From: Geotalea daltonii FRC-32
Lineage (GTDB): Bacteria; Desulfobacterota; Desulfuromonadia; Geobacterales; Geobacteraceae
NCBI RefSeq assembly: GCF_000022265.1
Contig: NC_011979.1
Location: 330,001-362,000 of the forward strand
Reading direction: 5' to 3'
DNA: 32,000 bases
The notes under the pieces are model-generated. The model was not told where the DNA came from. It did not search any database and saw nothing but the letters and a program-made list of their open reading frames with translations. Below, piece after piece: positions 30,942 to 32,000 of the stretch; positions within the stretch are counted from its first letter, which is position 1, and each line of letters begins with the position of its first letter. Made by a program: the position numbers and the translations under genes.

Positions 30942-30957
30942 CTGTGTTGCAAAATCG

Positions 30958-30981
30958 ACCCGCTCCTGGCGGGTTTTTTTG
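30958..30981 (+). terminator. Intrinsic terminator (second of two in tandem)
   Basis: ACCCGC-UCCUG-GCGGGU followed by UUUUUUUG. Confidence 0.7.
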
Positions 30982-31101
30982 TGTCCGGTGTTTCACTTGA
31001 ATAGACGGTCAGTGAACAACAAACCAAGGAGTGACATTGACAGGACAAAAAGAGAAAATAAACTGTATTAATAAAAGGTTGTTAATTTGATGGAGGCGGA
31101 C

Positions 31102-31344
31102 ATGAAAAACACACTTTCTGCAATAGCGCTCCTTTCTTTTTTTATTATGGCCGGCTGCGGTACTACCGGCGGCACTGCTTCTGTCGGGGCACTTGGTGGC
31201 GCGGCAGCTGGTGGAGGGGTGTATGAGTATCGGCTGCATAAGGCAAAGCAGAGAATAGAGAGCGAACATAAGGCAGGAAAAATGGACGACAAGGAGTACA
31301 ACGCCCGCAAGGACGAGATTGAGCGGTTGCAGCTGCTCAAATAA
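31102..31344 (+). CDS. Small lipoprotein with glycine-zipper segment and SHOCT-like C-terminus
   Basis: ATG 31102 follows GGAGG. Lipobox IMAGC. GALGGAAAGGG is glycine-zipper-like, and the tail KMDDKEYNARKDEIERL is SHOCT-like. Confidence 0.6.
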   Translation: MKNTLSAIALLSFFIMAGCGTTGGTASVGALGGAAAGGGVYEYRLHKAKQRIESEHKAGKMDDKEYNARKDEIERLQLLK

Positions 31345-31376
31345 CGCCTGCAGGTCTAACATTATGGGGAAGCGGC

Positions 31377-32000
31377 ATGGGCCAAATGAAATATATCTGC
31401 ATCTTTGCTTTATACGCGTGTCTTGTCGGCTGTTACGCCATGCATCCCTCCAGCGGCGGAGGCGGGGCGACGGAACTGGCAGAGGATGCCAGAACCGTCG
31501 ATCCTGAAGACATTGCCCTTCCTTTCGGCTATCGCATCGAGGCAGTTGCTATGGGACTGACCTTTCCCACCGGAGTGACCTTTGACGAAAAGGGGAACAT
31601 TTATGTGGTGGAGGCGGGATATTCCTATGGCGAGGTATGGGAAACCCCCAGGCTTCTTCGCGTCAGGGACGGGCAGCTGGAGGTAATCGCCGAGGGAGGG
31701 AAAAACGGGCCGTGGACAGGAGCTACCCGTCACGGTGGGGCCTTCTTTGTTGCCGAAGGGGGGGAGCTCAATGGCGGCAGGATCCTGCGCATCACCGATG
31801 ACGGCAAGATAGCTGTAATTGCCGACCAGCTTCCTTCCCGTGGTGACCACCACACCAACGGCCCTGCCGTCGGGAATGACGGGCTGATCTACTTCGGCAT
31901 CGGCACGGCCACCAACTCCGGCATCGTCGGCGAGGACAACCTTCGCTTCGGCTGGTTGAAACGTTACCCGGATTTTCACGATACTGCCTGTCGCGACGTC
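31377..32000 (+). CDS. Beta-propeller lipoprotein, soluble glucose/sorbosone dehydrogenase-like (partial, runs off window)
   Basis: The frame is open from ATG 31377 (or ATG 31386) to the window end and is absent from the track. Lipobox LVGC. GLTFPTGVTFDEKGNIYVVEAG and HHTNGPAVGNDGLIYFGIG resemble the PQQ-dependent sugar dehydrogenase/NHL propeller families. Confidence 0.55.
   Translation, partial: MGQMKYICIFALYACLVGCYAMHPSSGGGGATELAEDARTVDPEDIALPFGYRIEAVAMGLTFPTGVTFDEKGNIYVVEAGYSYGEVWETPRLLRVRDGQLEVIAEGGKNGPWTGATRHGGAFFVAEGGELNGGRILRITDDGKIAVIADQLPSRGDHHTNGPAVGNDGLIYFGIGTATNSGIVGEDNLRFGWLKRYPDFHDTACRDV

Noticed and set aside
1-32000. Search by eye for tRNA/rRNA genes, CRISPR arrays, transposases, integrases, toxin-antitoxin pairs or recognisable defence genes.
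   Set aside because: None found. All gaps larger than 100 nt were examined on both strands and contain only promoters, hairpins, riboswitch-like elements or repeats as listed.

Overview
GC-rich chromosomal window whose gene content resembles Geobacter/Desulfuromonadales (inference only). I support about 37 protein-coding genes. I found no rRNA, tRNA, CRISPR array, transposase or integrase. Many long ORFs in the track are antisense artefacts of GC-rich genes, and several track starts are too far upstream; I re-set starts using ATG plus Shine-Dalgarno (SD).

Layout:
- 1-865: a sigma54-promoted small ribbon-helix-helix (RHH) gene plus a radical SAM gene that runs off the left edge.
- 1.3-9.6 kb: a tungsten island. 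It holds an Fe-ADH, then a Moco/Tuco-class riboswitch in front of aor, a moaD-like gene, a thiF/moeB-like gene and a di-Mop molbindin. Two more Moco/Tuco aptamers in tandem then precede an OprO/P-type porin, tupA and an ABC ATPase. No permease gene is present.
- 9.6-16.8 kb: a stress-type island with two FDH-like Zn-ADHs, two hemerythrins flanking a DUF4382 lipoprotein, and DUF2383, DUF2795 and SRPBCC genes.
- 17-22 kb: galE, a D-aminoacylase overlapping a permease, and a Sel1 lipoprotein.
- 22-32 kb: small stress-type proteins, an Fpg/Nei glycosylase whose four zinc-finger cysteines are all replaced, a lipoprotein behind a structured terminator-containing leader with a GEMM-I-like 3' half, a Gly/Ser/Thr-rich lipoprotein, DUF1003, a GGDEF cyclase, orphan otsB, a parvulin PPIase, and two lipoproteins at the right edge.

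Two well-supported small genes are absent from the ORF track: a 52-aa membrane peptide and a 45-aa desulforedoxin-like Cys-rich protein. Intergenic regions carry several unusual repeats: CAC[G/T]AAG heptads, a 180-bp MITE-like element with perfect 17-bp inverted ends, and a duplicated 19-nt hairpin.

The most interesting signal is the riboswitch-wired tungsten uptake and utilisation regulon. Its points of interest are the tandem aptamers with non-identical cores, the candidate oxyanion porin and the missing permease. All family assignments rest on motif recognition by eye and need HMM/CM searches.
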